A stretch of 32,000 nucleotides of DNA from Ostreococcus tauri. Taxonomy: Eukaryota. Of the stretch, positions 17,394-25,076 are shown piece after piece. A model generated the notes under the pieces. That model worked only from the letters and a program-made list of their open reading frames with translations, had not been told where the DNA came from and searched no databases. Each line of letters begins with the position of its first letter. The first letter of the stretch is position 1. The stretch is from NCBI GenBank assembly GCA_000214015.2, contig CAID01000020.2, positions 84,641 to 116,640 on the forward strand. The letters are read 5' to 3'. A program made the translations under genes and the position numbers.

Positions 17394-19187
17394 ATGCGTC
17401 GAATAAAGAACACCCAGACGCGGATGCTCTCGTGTGTGTCGTTTCTGTGCCTCTGTCTCGGTGCGAACGCGGCGTTTGCGCCGACGCGACGGCGATTCGT
17501 CGAGTCGGTGAGAAAAATTCACAGAAGTTCATTCCACTCCAGAGGCAACTTCGACATCTCGGCGAGTCCCGTGGTGTCCGCGACGTCACCGGACGCGGTG
17601 GCGATATCGGGCGGGGCCGTGATGACGATCAGAGGGGTGAATTTCGAGCGTAATTCGCGATGTAAGTTTTTCGCGACGCCGGGCGGACGCGCGAGCGAAG
17701 CCGAGGCGACGAGAGTGACTTCGACCGAGTTGACGTGCGTTTTGCCGGACATGCGAGACGCCGGGAACGTGCACGATGAGGTTTACATTCAAGTTTTCAC
17801 GCGAAACAGCGAATATCACGCGTGGAGCGGGATCGAGGGGAATTTTCAGTGGTCGCGGACGAACTCGTTCGGCGTCGTCCAGGCGGACGCGAGCGCGCCG
17901 GGGTGTTACGGATGTTACTCAACTTCCGCGCCCGCGATCGCGTCGAGGGCGAGAGAATCGTGGACGATCGCGAAAGGAGAGAACACGGGGCCGGAGGACG
18001 GTGGGACGACGATCTTGATAAAATCAACCGTCGCGAGCGGAAGCGGCGCGCGAACCGGGACGTTTTACCAAGGATCGAGCCTGAAATGCGGGGCGTTTTG
18101 CTCGACGTCGTCTCCGAGTGGGTGGGTGAAATCGTTAACGGCCGCGAAGTGGATCGCGAACGATGAGATCGAGTGCGTCACGCCGCCGTGGCCGGGGAAT
18201 GGGGTGACTTCTAGCACGGTGTCGCGCGCGTGTTTGATTCGAGTGACAAACGACGGCGCGACGTTCGATGATTTAATCTCGAGCGGTGGAGACGGAGATG
18301 GGACGCAAACGTTATTGACGAACGCGGCGAAGGTTGATTTTACCTACGTCGCGAGCGGCACCGCACCGAGCGTGACGTCGGTGGCGTCGTCCAGGATGCC
18401 GGCGACGTCTTCGCGGAGCGCGCGCGGTCCGTTCGCCGGCGGCGCCGTCGTCGTCGTTCGCGGGAGTAATTTTTTATCGAGCGTACATTTGGGGTGCAAA
18501 TTTACTGGCGGATCGAGCGGATTCTCGGACGTCGTCGTTCCCGCGACGTACGTGAGCTCGACGGAGGTTCACTGCGTGTCGCCTCGGCGCGACGTGAGCG
18601 ACGAAGACGCGTGGAAGGTGGATTACGGTTCAGGCGCGCCGTGTTTCGACGCCGCGGTGCACGTGTCGAATCAAAAATCGCGATCAAACGAGTGGAGCAC
18701 GTCGTCGGGAACTTTCCATTACTGCGACTTGTACGTCTCATCGAGCGGATCGCGAGACGGCGATGGGACTCCGCTGAGACCGTTTTCGACGATTTCAGAC
18801 GCGGCGCTCAACTCGCTCGTCGATCCAATCGACCCTCAGGGACGCTTCGTCTTGACCGACGAGCACGGATTTGGAGCGGCAACGACACGGAGCATGTGGC
18901 TAAACACCGATGTGGTGCGATTGGAAACCGGGATGTACTCGTCCAAAATATTGTTCGCGTCGAGCGACGACGACGCAGCGACGAGGAAACTCACCATTCG
19001 CGGCGGCGACGCGGTCATCGACTGCGAGGGCGACGACGCACCGAATCTCGAGATCGCGGGATTCTATGTGGATGTGCAGTTCATAAATTGTGGGAAACAT
19101 GGCGAAGCGCTCGTCGAGCGATGCGACATCGTGCGGAATAACGATGGCGGCGATGCGGGTGCATCCTGCGCGTTCTCTCGCGTGTAG
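17394..19187 (+). CDS. Secreted or surface protein with repeated IPT/TIG-like domains and a C-terminal parallel-beta-helix-like cap
   Basis: Signal-peptide-like MRRIKNTQTRMLSCVSFLCLCLGANAAFA; the track start 17382 is a TTG. IPT/TIG-like units: VSATSPDAVAISGGAVMTIRGVNFERNSRCKFF...STELTCVLP and VTSVASS...GPFAGGAVVVVRGSNFLSSVHLGCKF...VSSTEVHCVSP. The distal GDGTPLRPFSTISDAALNSL...LTIRGGDAVIDCEG resembles the N-cap of pectin-lyase-fold repeats. Confidence 0.7.
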   Translation: MRRIKNTQTRMLSCVSFLCLCLGANAAFAPTRRRFVESVRKIHRSSFHSRGNFDISASPVVSATSPDAVAISGGAVMTIRGVNFERNSRCKFFATPGGRASEAEATRVTSTELTCVLPDMRDAGNVHDEVYIQVFTRNSEYHAWSGIEGNFQWSRTNSFGVVQADASAPGCYGCYSTSAPAIASRARESWTIAKGENTGPEDGGTTILIKSTVASGSGARTGTFYQGSSLKCGAFCSTSSPSGWVKSLTAAKWIANDEIECVTPPWPGNGVTSSTVSRACLIRVTNDGATFDDLISSGGDGDGTQTLLTNAAKVDFTYVASGTAPSVTSVASSRMPATSSRSARGPFAGGAVVVVRGSNFLSSVHLGCKFTGGSSGFSDVVVPATYVSSTEVHCVSPRRDVSDEDAWKVDYGSGAPCFDAAVHVSNQKSRSNEWSTSSGTFHYCDLYVSSSGSRDGDGTPLRPFSTISDAALNSLVDPIDPQGRFVLTDEHGFGAATTRSMWLNTDVVRLETGMYSSKILFASSDDDAATRKLTIRGGDAVIDCEGDDAPNLEIAGFYVDVQFINCGKHGEALVERCDIVRNNDGGDAGASCAFSRV

Positions 19188-19233
19188 AATTACGAGTTTG
19201 TTTATAAATGCACGCATTGTTGTACAATTATCG

Positions 19234-20358
19234 CTACGGATCGACCACGATTTTCGTCTCCTCGATCTCGGACGAGCGAATGACTTCACCCACGCGTTCC
19301 CCGCGCTCGCGCTCGGCGTTCCAGTCTAAAATTGCCGCGACGTTGGCAAAGCATCCCATGACGTACGCGTCCATCTTGAGATGGTTCACGTGATCCGCGT
19401 TGAACGGGATCTCACACTCCGTCGCCGCGCCCTCGATCCCTAACAGAGCGAACGAGACCGCGAAGACGGCTGGGATCGTCCCCCATCCCCAGCGGTTGAC
19501 GAAGACGAACGGCATCGACGTCAGGTACACCATTAAAAATGTCCGCAAATGGATTACGTAAATCTCCGGAATCTTCGTCGCCCTCAAACGCTCGAGGGCG
19601 CCGACTTGGAGCGCCAAGAATTCACACTGTTTGTTGAGCTCGCCTCGAACGCTCGCATCCGCGAGCGCGCTCGATGGATCGTGAGACGGCGCGCTCGACG
19701 ACGACGAATGATAAAACGCCGTCTTGACGCACCGTCGACACATCGACAGCGCGAACAACGGCGGATGCGTCGCCTCGTTCATCGCCCGCACATCCTCCTC
19801 ACTCAAAATCCCAGTGAACTCCTCTCTCACCGCGCCATCGGATTGTCCGCGTAAGAACGCCTTGCTCGCGGCGGCGAACGCGCACGCCCACGCGCTCGCG
19901 TCGTCCGCGACGCCCTCTCGCCGAGCGTTCCCCGAGGCGTAGATTAAAAACACATCCACGAAATCACGCACACCCGCGGTTATCCCTCCGAACGCGGTTC
20001 GACAGTCCCACCACCGCACCGCGGCGCGCGAGAGACGAAACACTAATAAAAATCCCATGGCGCTAAACGTCAACGAATACGCCGAATCAAAGCTCGTGTT
20101 CACCCCCGTCACCGAGCTCTTCAACGTTTTCGTCTCTCGTAAAATCGTCCAAATCAACGATATCGCGTTCACGCACGCCAACGGCCGCGCGTACGCCCCC
20201 AACGCGCGCTTGGACGTCGACGCGCTCAGCGCCGTGCGCGCCCACGAGCGCGCGTCGTAATCCGGTTGTTTCGCCATCCCCGCCGCCAACGTCGACGCCC
20301 GCGCCCGCGCGTTCAGCACATCATTCATCGTTCGGCGCAATCGCGGCTCGCGCGACAT
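19234..20358 (-). CDS. Bestrophin/UPF0187 (YneE/VCCN-like) family anion-channel protein
   Basis: Family signature FLLVFRLSRAAVRWWDCRTAFG, plus hydrophobic helices and the distal ...FVFVNRWGWGTIPAVFAVSFALLGIEGAATECEIPFNADHVNHLKMDAY. The track ORF begins at a TTG (20424). The first ATG is 20358. Confidence 0.8.
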   Translation of the reverse strand: MSREPRLRRTMNDVLNARARASTLAAGMAKQPDYDARSWARTALSASTSKRALGAYARPLACVNAISLIWTILRETKTLKSSVTGVNTSFDSAYSLTFSAMGFLLVFRLSRAAVRWWDCRTAFGGITAGVRDFVDVFLIYASGNARREGVADDASAWACAFAAASKAFLRGQSDGAVREEFTGILSEEDVRAMNEATHPPLFALSMCRRCVKTAFYHSSSSSAPSHDPSSALADASVRGELNKQCEFLALQVGALERLRATKIPEIYVIHLRTFLMVYLTSMPFVFVNRWGWGTIPAVFAVSFALLGIEGAATECEIPFNADHVNHLKMDAYVMGCFANVAAILDWNAERERGERVGEVIRSSEIEETKIVVDP

Positions 20359-20414
20359 CCCACCCGTCGCCGCGATTCGCGCGGATTTGAATACGCGTCG
20401 TCCGCGCGAATCAG

Positions 20415-20452
20415 AATCAATCAATCAATCGATCGATCGATCAATCAATCAC
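20415..20452. repeat. (aatc)n/(gatc)n tetranucleotide microsatellite
   Basis: Direct reading: aatcaatcaatcaatcgatcgatcgatcaatcaatcac. Confidence 0.9.
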
Positions 20453-20712
20453 ACGCGGTCTCGATCACCCGTCGCCCTCGACCTCCGCGATCGACCCTTC
20501 CGCGTCCACCGATGCGAGACGCACGCCGCAAGACGCGCGCGCGCGACGATCGACCGCGTCGGCGTCCGTGAATCACGATCAGGAACGCATTCGTATTTCA
20601 AACGTGACACTTTTTCATCCATCGTCATCGATCAATCACAATCCAATCCATCCACCGACGTCGACGCCGGACGACCGCGAGAGTACGTCGTCGCACACGA
20701 AAAAAATCCGTG

Positions 20713-20756
20713 TGCCCCATGCGGGTCTCGATCCCGCGGCTTCGGCGTTGCTCTCG
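20713..20756 (-). pseudogene. Orphan copy of the tRNA-Ile(UAU) 3' exon plus the last 8 nt of its intron
   Basis: Its 44 nt are identical to 20916-20959. It has no 5' half (no acceptor 5' strand, D arm or anticodon) and keeps the T arm/B-box region. A T-run follows on the minus strand (A8 at 20699-20706 on +). Confidence 0.8.
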
Positions 20757-20900
20757 TGAATTCAAACGCGACACTTTTTCATGCGCGCATGCATCGGCAT
20801 CATCGCGAAGACGGTCATAATCAATCCATTCCATTCCATCCATTCCATCGAGTCGACCGACGTCGACGCCGGACGACCGCGAGAGTACGTCGTCGCACAC

Positions 20901-20909
20901 AAAAAAAAA
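20901..20909 (-). terminator. Pol III terminator T-run (T9 on the minus strand), starting 7 nt (6-nt gap) downstream of the tRNA 3' end
   Basis: aaaaaaaaa on the + strand at 20901-20909. The tRNA discriminator base is at 20916. Confidence 0.8.
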
Positions 20910-20915
20910 TCCTCG

Positions 20916-21035
20916 TGCCCCATGCGGGTCTCGATCCCGCGGCTTCGGCGTTGCTCTCGCGCGACTCTCGTCGCGCTCGCGTACACGCGTCGCTGCGTAT
21001 AAGCACCGCACTCTAACCAACTGAGTTAATGGGGC
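20916..21035 (-). tRNA. tRNA-Ile (anticodon UAU) with a 46-nt intron at the canonical 37/38 position; exons 21035..20998 and 20951..20916
   Basis: The minus strand reads GCCCCAT TA ACTC AGTTGGTTA GAGT G CGGTG CTTATA [46-nt intron 20997..20952] A CGCCG AAGCC GCGGG ATCGAGA CCCGC ATGGGGC A. All four stems pair, with one G-U in the anticodon stem. The anticodon is TAT. Confidence 0.85.
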
Positions 21036-21324
21036 GTGGGGTGTTGTTGGCGAGTCCTGACTCGTGGATGGACACCCGCGTCCGCGCCTCGACACCGCGC
21101 GTGTTGGCGTGGGGAAAGTTATGGGTATTTTTGGTCATCCCGATCATCGATCGTCGCGTCTCGGACGTCCGCGCGCGCGACGTCGCGACGCCCGACGCGG
21201 CGTCCGAGACGCGCGCGGTACATTCGCGCGCGCGATCGACCGGGACGCGGTGCGCGGTGGCGTGGAGCGTCGAGCGATTTGATTGATTTCGCGATCGCGA
21301 TCGCGAACGTCCAATCGTGCGTCG

Positions 21325-21861
21325 ATGCCGACGCTCGACGACGCGCGCGCGGGCGACGGACGCGCGCGCGCGGCGTGCGGGATCCCGGTGGACCTCCCGT
21401 TTCGCGCGTCCGCGTCGACGACGGCGCGGGCGGAGACGGATGATGACGTGGATTTCATCGATGACGTCCTGGACGGATTGCGCGCGAACGTCCTTCGGCG
21501 ACGGATTCCGGCGACGACGCCGCGGGAGCGTCTGAACGCGTATCTCACGGCGTACGCGCACGATGTGTTGAAACGATGCGCGATGGAGACGTCGTGTGGG
21601 GTGAAATCGGAGGCGATGAAGCGATCGATGGATGACGCGCGGGGACGGTTCGCGTGTCCGGGCGACGCCGATTTCGGCGACTTTGCGTCCCTCTTGCGAC
21701 CGCCGGAGAGCGACGAGGAGCGGGAAACGTTTCGGGTTTTTGTGAAAAAGTGTCGGGTGGAATTGGCGAGGCGGTTGGTGGAGCGGTGTTACGACGCGAA
21801 CACCGGGGAGCGGGATAAGTTTTGGATGGCGTTCGCGAAGAGACGCTTCATGAATCGATAG
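21325..21861 (+). CDS. Hypothetical protein (178 aa)
   Basis: The first ATG of track ORF 21283..21861 is 21325. Composition is diverse (DDVDFIDDVLDGLRANVLRRRIPATTPRERLNAYLTAYAHDVLKRCAMETSCGVKSEAMKRSMDDARGRF...FRVFVKKCRVELARRLVERCYDANTGERDKFWMAFAKRRFMNR). The longer antisense ORF 21013..22005 is Arg-rich and is rejected. Confidence 0.5.
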   Translation: MPTLDDARAGDGRARAACGIPVDLPFRASASTTARAETDDDVDFIDDVLDGLRANVLRRRIPATTPRERLNAYLTAYAHDVLKRCAMETSCGVKSEAMKRSMDDARGRFACPGDADFGDFASLLRPPESDEERETFRVFVKKCRVELARRLVERCYDANTGERDKFWMAFAKRRFMNR

Positions 21862-22001
21862 GCGGAGACGGGGAGGGGGAGACGCCGGTCGGAGAAATAA
21901 ATTGTTGTACATAAAAATCATCCGCCGCGTGCAGTGTGTATCGCGTTTCGCGCGCGCGCGAGCGCAGTGCGTTGCTAGTGTTTCGTCGTCCTCGCGCGCG
22001 C

Positions 22002-23108
22002 TCACGCGGCGCCGCCGCCGGGGAAAGTGAACACCTCGGTCGGCGGCTTGCCTCCGGTGAGCGTGCGGTTCGCCTGTTTCAGCGCGAGCGCCTCTTCCTC
22101 TCTCACCTGACGAATAATCTCAGCCTGGTGCTTCAATCGCTCGGCGCGGTCGATGTCCAATTGCGTCGGCGCTTGACACCCCGAGTCTGAAGCATCGCCG
22201 CCCGAGCTCGAGACCGTGGTCGCGCCGGCGCCGGCGGCGACGATCCACTCGTGCGCGAGCGCCTGCTCGGCGCTCAACCGTTCCTTGGGATCCGTCTCCA
22301 ACAATCCCGCCACCAGAGACTTTGCGGGATTGGAGATGAAATCCCAAACCCCGGGTTCGAGGTGATAGATCCCGTTCCGTATGTTTTGATACAATTGCGC
22401 CTCGTCCTCGTGATCGAACGGCGAGTACCCGGATAACAGGGCGAACAAGATGACGCCGACGCTCCACATGTCGCACGCCGTGGAGTAACACTGCTCCTCG
22501 TTCGCCGACGTCTCGAGCTCTAAAATCTCCGGCGCGATGTACAGTGGCGAACCGCATATCGTTCGCAAAGGCGCGTTCGCCTCTCTGAACCGCGCCAAGC
22601 CGAAATCGATCAACTTCACCGCGCCGCTTCGTCCGCGCGCGTCGCGCTCGTCGGATAACAAAATATTCTCCAACTTTAAATCTCTGTGCACCACGTTATG
22701 CGCGTGCATGTGCGCCACCGCTCTCAAGACCTGCGTTATGACCACCCTCGCCTCGTCCTCCGTGAACGATCCCGCCTGACTCACGCGCTCGAGTAACTCC
22801 CCTCCGCGAACCAACTCGCACACCATGAAGACGTTTCGCTCGGTGACGTACGTCGCGTACAACTCCACGACATTCGGGTGTCGGATCCCACTCAACACCT
22901 CCACCTCGCGCTCGAAGCTCACGTCCCCCGCCGCGTACTTCGTCTTATCCACCACCTTTATCGCCACCTCGCGAAGACTCGCGCGCTCGCGCGCCCGGGC
23001 CACGGTGCTGAACCCACCGCTCCCAATCTTCTCGAGCACCTCGTACTGCGCCGTGATCTCTCCCACGTCTCGGACGTATCGCACCGGCGATCGATGCGTG
23101 GGAATCAT
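22002..23108 (-). CDS. Serine/threonine protein kinase, CaMK-like
   Basis: Glycine loop IGSGGFSTV. VAIK. Catalytic loop HRDLKLENILL. DFGLARF. GSPLYIAPE. DMWSVGVILFALLSG. The track start 23114 is a GTG. The ATG is at 23108 (MIPTHRSPV...). Confidence 0.9.
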   Translation of the reverse strand: MIPTHRSPVRYVRDVGEITAQYEVLEKIGSGGFSTVARARERASLREVAIKVVDKTKYAAGDVSFEREVEVLSGIRHPNVVELYATYVTERNVFMVCELVRGGELLERVSQAGSFTEDEARVVITQVLRAVAHMHAHNVVHRDLKLENILLSDERDARGRSGAVKLIDFGLARFREANAPLRTICGSPLYIAPEILELETSANEEQCYSTACDMWSVGVILFALLSGYSPFDHEDEAQLYQNIRNGIYHLEPGVWDFISNPAKSLVAGLLETDPKERLSAEQALAHEWIVAAGAGATTVSSSGGDASDSGCQAPTQLDIDRAERLKHQAEIIRQVREEEALALKQANRTLTGGKPPTEVFTFPGGGAA

Positions 23109-24313
23109 CTCCACGACGTCACCGAATCCGCGTCGTCACCACGATCGCGCGCGGCCGACGTTCGACCGCACGTCGACGCGATGCGCGAATCACGAATCGC
23201 GCGCGATCGATCGAATTCGTCCACGCCCGACGCCCACGCGCGGTGGTCGCCCACGCGCGCGCGCGCGATCGACGACGGTACTATCACCGCACGCCCACGC
23301 GCGCGGCGCGCGCGGTGTCGCGCGTCGCCGTCGCGCGTATCGACGCGATCTGTCGACGCGCGGTGTCGTTCGCGTCGACGCCACGCGCGTGGGCGCACGC
23401 GAGGACGACGTCGGGGGATCACACGGTGTTATACGCGCCACACTATGGATGGGCCCTCGACCGCGCGACGCCACGCGCGCGGTTGGCGCGCGACGACCGA
23501 GGCGCGACGCGCGCGCGACGTCCGCGGGCGTCGCGGCGCGGGAGGCGCGGCGCGTATTTTTTCACACCCGTCTCGCCCGTCACGTGGCGCGCGCGCGCGA
23601 TGGGCGCGCGCGACGCATCGCGACGATCGCTCGAATCCACGCCGCGCGCGATGATGATGATGATGGGCATCCACGGCTGCGCGCGACGCATCGCGATCGT
23701 CGGCGCGCGCGCGCGACGCGGGGGCGAGACGCGGCGAGAGCGATCCACGACCGCGCGCGCGCGCGGTTCTCCGCGATCGCCGCCGCGGCGCGCGCGACGG
23801 ACCACCGCCGATCGGTCGACGGGTCGCGAGAGATGAATCGTCGGCGACGGTCCCGTGACCGACGCGCCCGCGCGCGCGCGCGCGTCGTCGACGACGCGCG
23901 CGGATGAAGCGATGGAAAGAAATTTTCGCGACGCGCGCGCGGGCGTCGCGGGCGCGCGCGCGGCGCGGCGACGACGCGCGCGCGCGAATGTGCCCCGACG
24001 CCGTACCCCAGACACGGACGTCTCGCGCCGCGCGCCCCGCTCGTTTTTTTGTCGTCGCGTCGTGCGTGACTTTCGTGAAATGTGCACACTTTGGCGACGC
24101 GTCGACGACGCGCGCGGCGACGACGCGTCACGATATTCGACGAGAACGAAGACAATTCTATTCTCGATCGAATACGATCCTCCGCGCGCGCGAAGGCGTC
24201 GCGCGCGCCCCGGGTGACGTCGCCAAAGTGCGGTGTTTTCCTATTGTCCCACTGACGCTCAACACATCGCCGCCCCCCATCGCGTCGCGCGCGGTGGTCG
24301 CACGCGCGCGCGC

Positions 24314-24616
24314 ATGGACGCCGAGACCCCGTGCGCGTGGGGTCGCATCCTCGCCGTCGCCATCGACGGCGGCGCCGCGTGCGCGTTCACGGCGTCGCTC
24401 GCGTGGAACGTGCACGCGCTCGTGACGTTGGATGATTTACAGAGCGATCGCGTCAACCCGCACGACGCGAGTCGACGCATCGCGCGCTCGGCGCGCGCGG
24501 AGGCGAGCGCGCACGGTGTCGGCGTCGCGCTGTGCGCGCTGCGGGGACGCCCGATCGCGGTGGTGGTGAACGCGCCGTTGATGTGGTGGCACTGGAATCG
24601 GTGCGGGACGCGCGAC

Positions 24617-24658
<42 letters not shown>

Positions 24659-24967
24659 ACGACCGCGGGCGACGACGCGGCGGTGGACGACGATGGCGAG
24701 GACTGACCGCGGCGGCGAGATCGCTGGACGACGCGCAGGTGGCGAGAGGGACGGTTGAGCGCGGACGCGACGGAGATTTTCGCCGCGGCGGACGCCGAGC
24801 GCGTCGCGCGCGGACGCAAGCTCGCCTTTTTAGCGTGCGTGGTCATGATCGCCGCGTACGCCGTCACGCACGCCGTCGTGCACTCGCTCATGACCAAGGC
24901 TGGAAGGGAGGCGTTGGCGAAAATCTTGCGAGAGGCGTCGCACTCGCCGATGTATCACATGTTTTGA
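24314..24967 (+). CDS. Cornichon-family ER cargo receptor, two exons: join(24314..24600,24739..24967), 171 aa
   Basis: Exon 1: MDAETPCAWGRILAVAIDGGAACAFTASLAWNVHALVTLDDLQSDRVNPHDASRRI...NAPLMWWHWNR. This follows the cornichon pattern (I..D(E/D)L..D..NP.D.....N..V.PE...H, then N.PL..YH..R). Exon 2: WREGRLSADATEIFAAADAERVARGRKLAFLACVVMIAAYAV... This follows the pattern D.T.I...........K..(K)LAF(Y)L. The two parts are in the same frame but are separated by a poly-Thr/Asp insert and an in-frame TGA. Confidence 0.8.
24601..24738 (+). other. Cornichon intron (138 nt, a multiple of 3) containing an (acg)n microsatellite
   Basis: Donor GTGCGG at 24601. Branch aggACTGACc at 24702-24707; its TGA at 24704-24706 is the in-frame stop. 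Acceptor cgcAG at 24737-24738. Phase 2: cg|g gives Arg. Confidence 0.8.
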
Positions 24968-25076
24968 CCCCCGCGCGCGCCGGTGGACGTCGACGCATCG
25001 ATAGCGCATCAATAGCCACCCACTACAGTACAAATCACCATTCGCATCGCTCGCGCGAAGACGTCCCGACGCGAAT

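Larger units (their letters stand above)
20594..20956. repeat. Tandem duplication (units ~160 and ~196 bp) covering the 3' half of the tRNA-Ile gene and its downstream flank
   Basis: Shared blocks: ttcaaacg(t/c)gacactttttcat (20597 / 20761); a 44-nt block ccgacgtcgacgccggacgaccgcgagagtacgtcgtcgcacac (20654-20697 / 20857-20900); an A-run; and a 44-nt block tgccccatgcgggtctcgatcccgcggcttcggcgttgctctcg (20713-20756 / 20916-20959). The units differ by an internal catcc/cattcc-type variable segment. Confidence 0.9.

Noticed and set aside
20387-21016. A 209-aa + strand ORF and its neighbours across 20.4-21.0 kb.
   Set aside because: They run through a tetranucleotide microsatellite, the tandem tRNA-half duplication and the tRNA gene itself. 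The apparent internal repeat in the peptide is simply the DNA duplication.
20594-21035. Whether the extra tRNA 3' half marks a circularly permuted or split tRNA gene, as reported for some algae.
   Set aside because: On the coding (minus) strand the order is 5' half, intron, 3' half, terminator, spacer, then a second 3' half. A permuted gene needs a 3' half upstream of a 5' half within one transcription unit, and I see no orphan 5' half. A simple tandem duplication with a breakpoint in the intron explains everything.
21013-22005. A 330-aa minus-strand ORF, longer than the + strand ORF it overlaps.
   Set aside because: The translation is dominated by Arg, Pro and Ser runs (RRRRNPSPKDVRAQS..., RRRRRGRAKREVHRDPARRARASVARARVVERRHRR). 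It also runs through the tRNA flank. This is a typical antisense shadow in CGN-rich DNA. The + strand product (21325..21861) has normal composition.
22825-23907. A 360-aa + strand ORF, together with ORFs 22878..23654, 23243..23836, 23443..24087 and 23580..24155.
   Set aside because: The first part is antisense to the well-supported kinase. The rest lies in the CGCG-rich spacer and yields only Arg/Ala-rich low-complexity peptides in every frame. No motif was recognised.
24251-24256. An ACTGAC 58 nt upstream of the cornichon ATG, considered as the branch point of a 5' intron.
   Set aside because: No AG acceptor follows before the ATG; the first AG is at about 24325, inside the conserved N-terminus. 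The protein from ATG 24314 already has a complete cornichon-like first helix.
13557-24738. Whether the short introns are copies of a repeated introner-type element, as known from one Micromonas lineage.
   Set aside because: Apart from the donor, the ACTGAC branch and the CAG acceptor, the four introns share no alignable sequence, and their lengths differ (119, 129, 138 and 244 nt).
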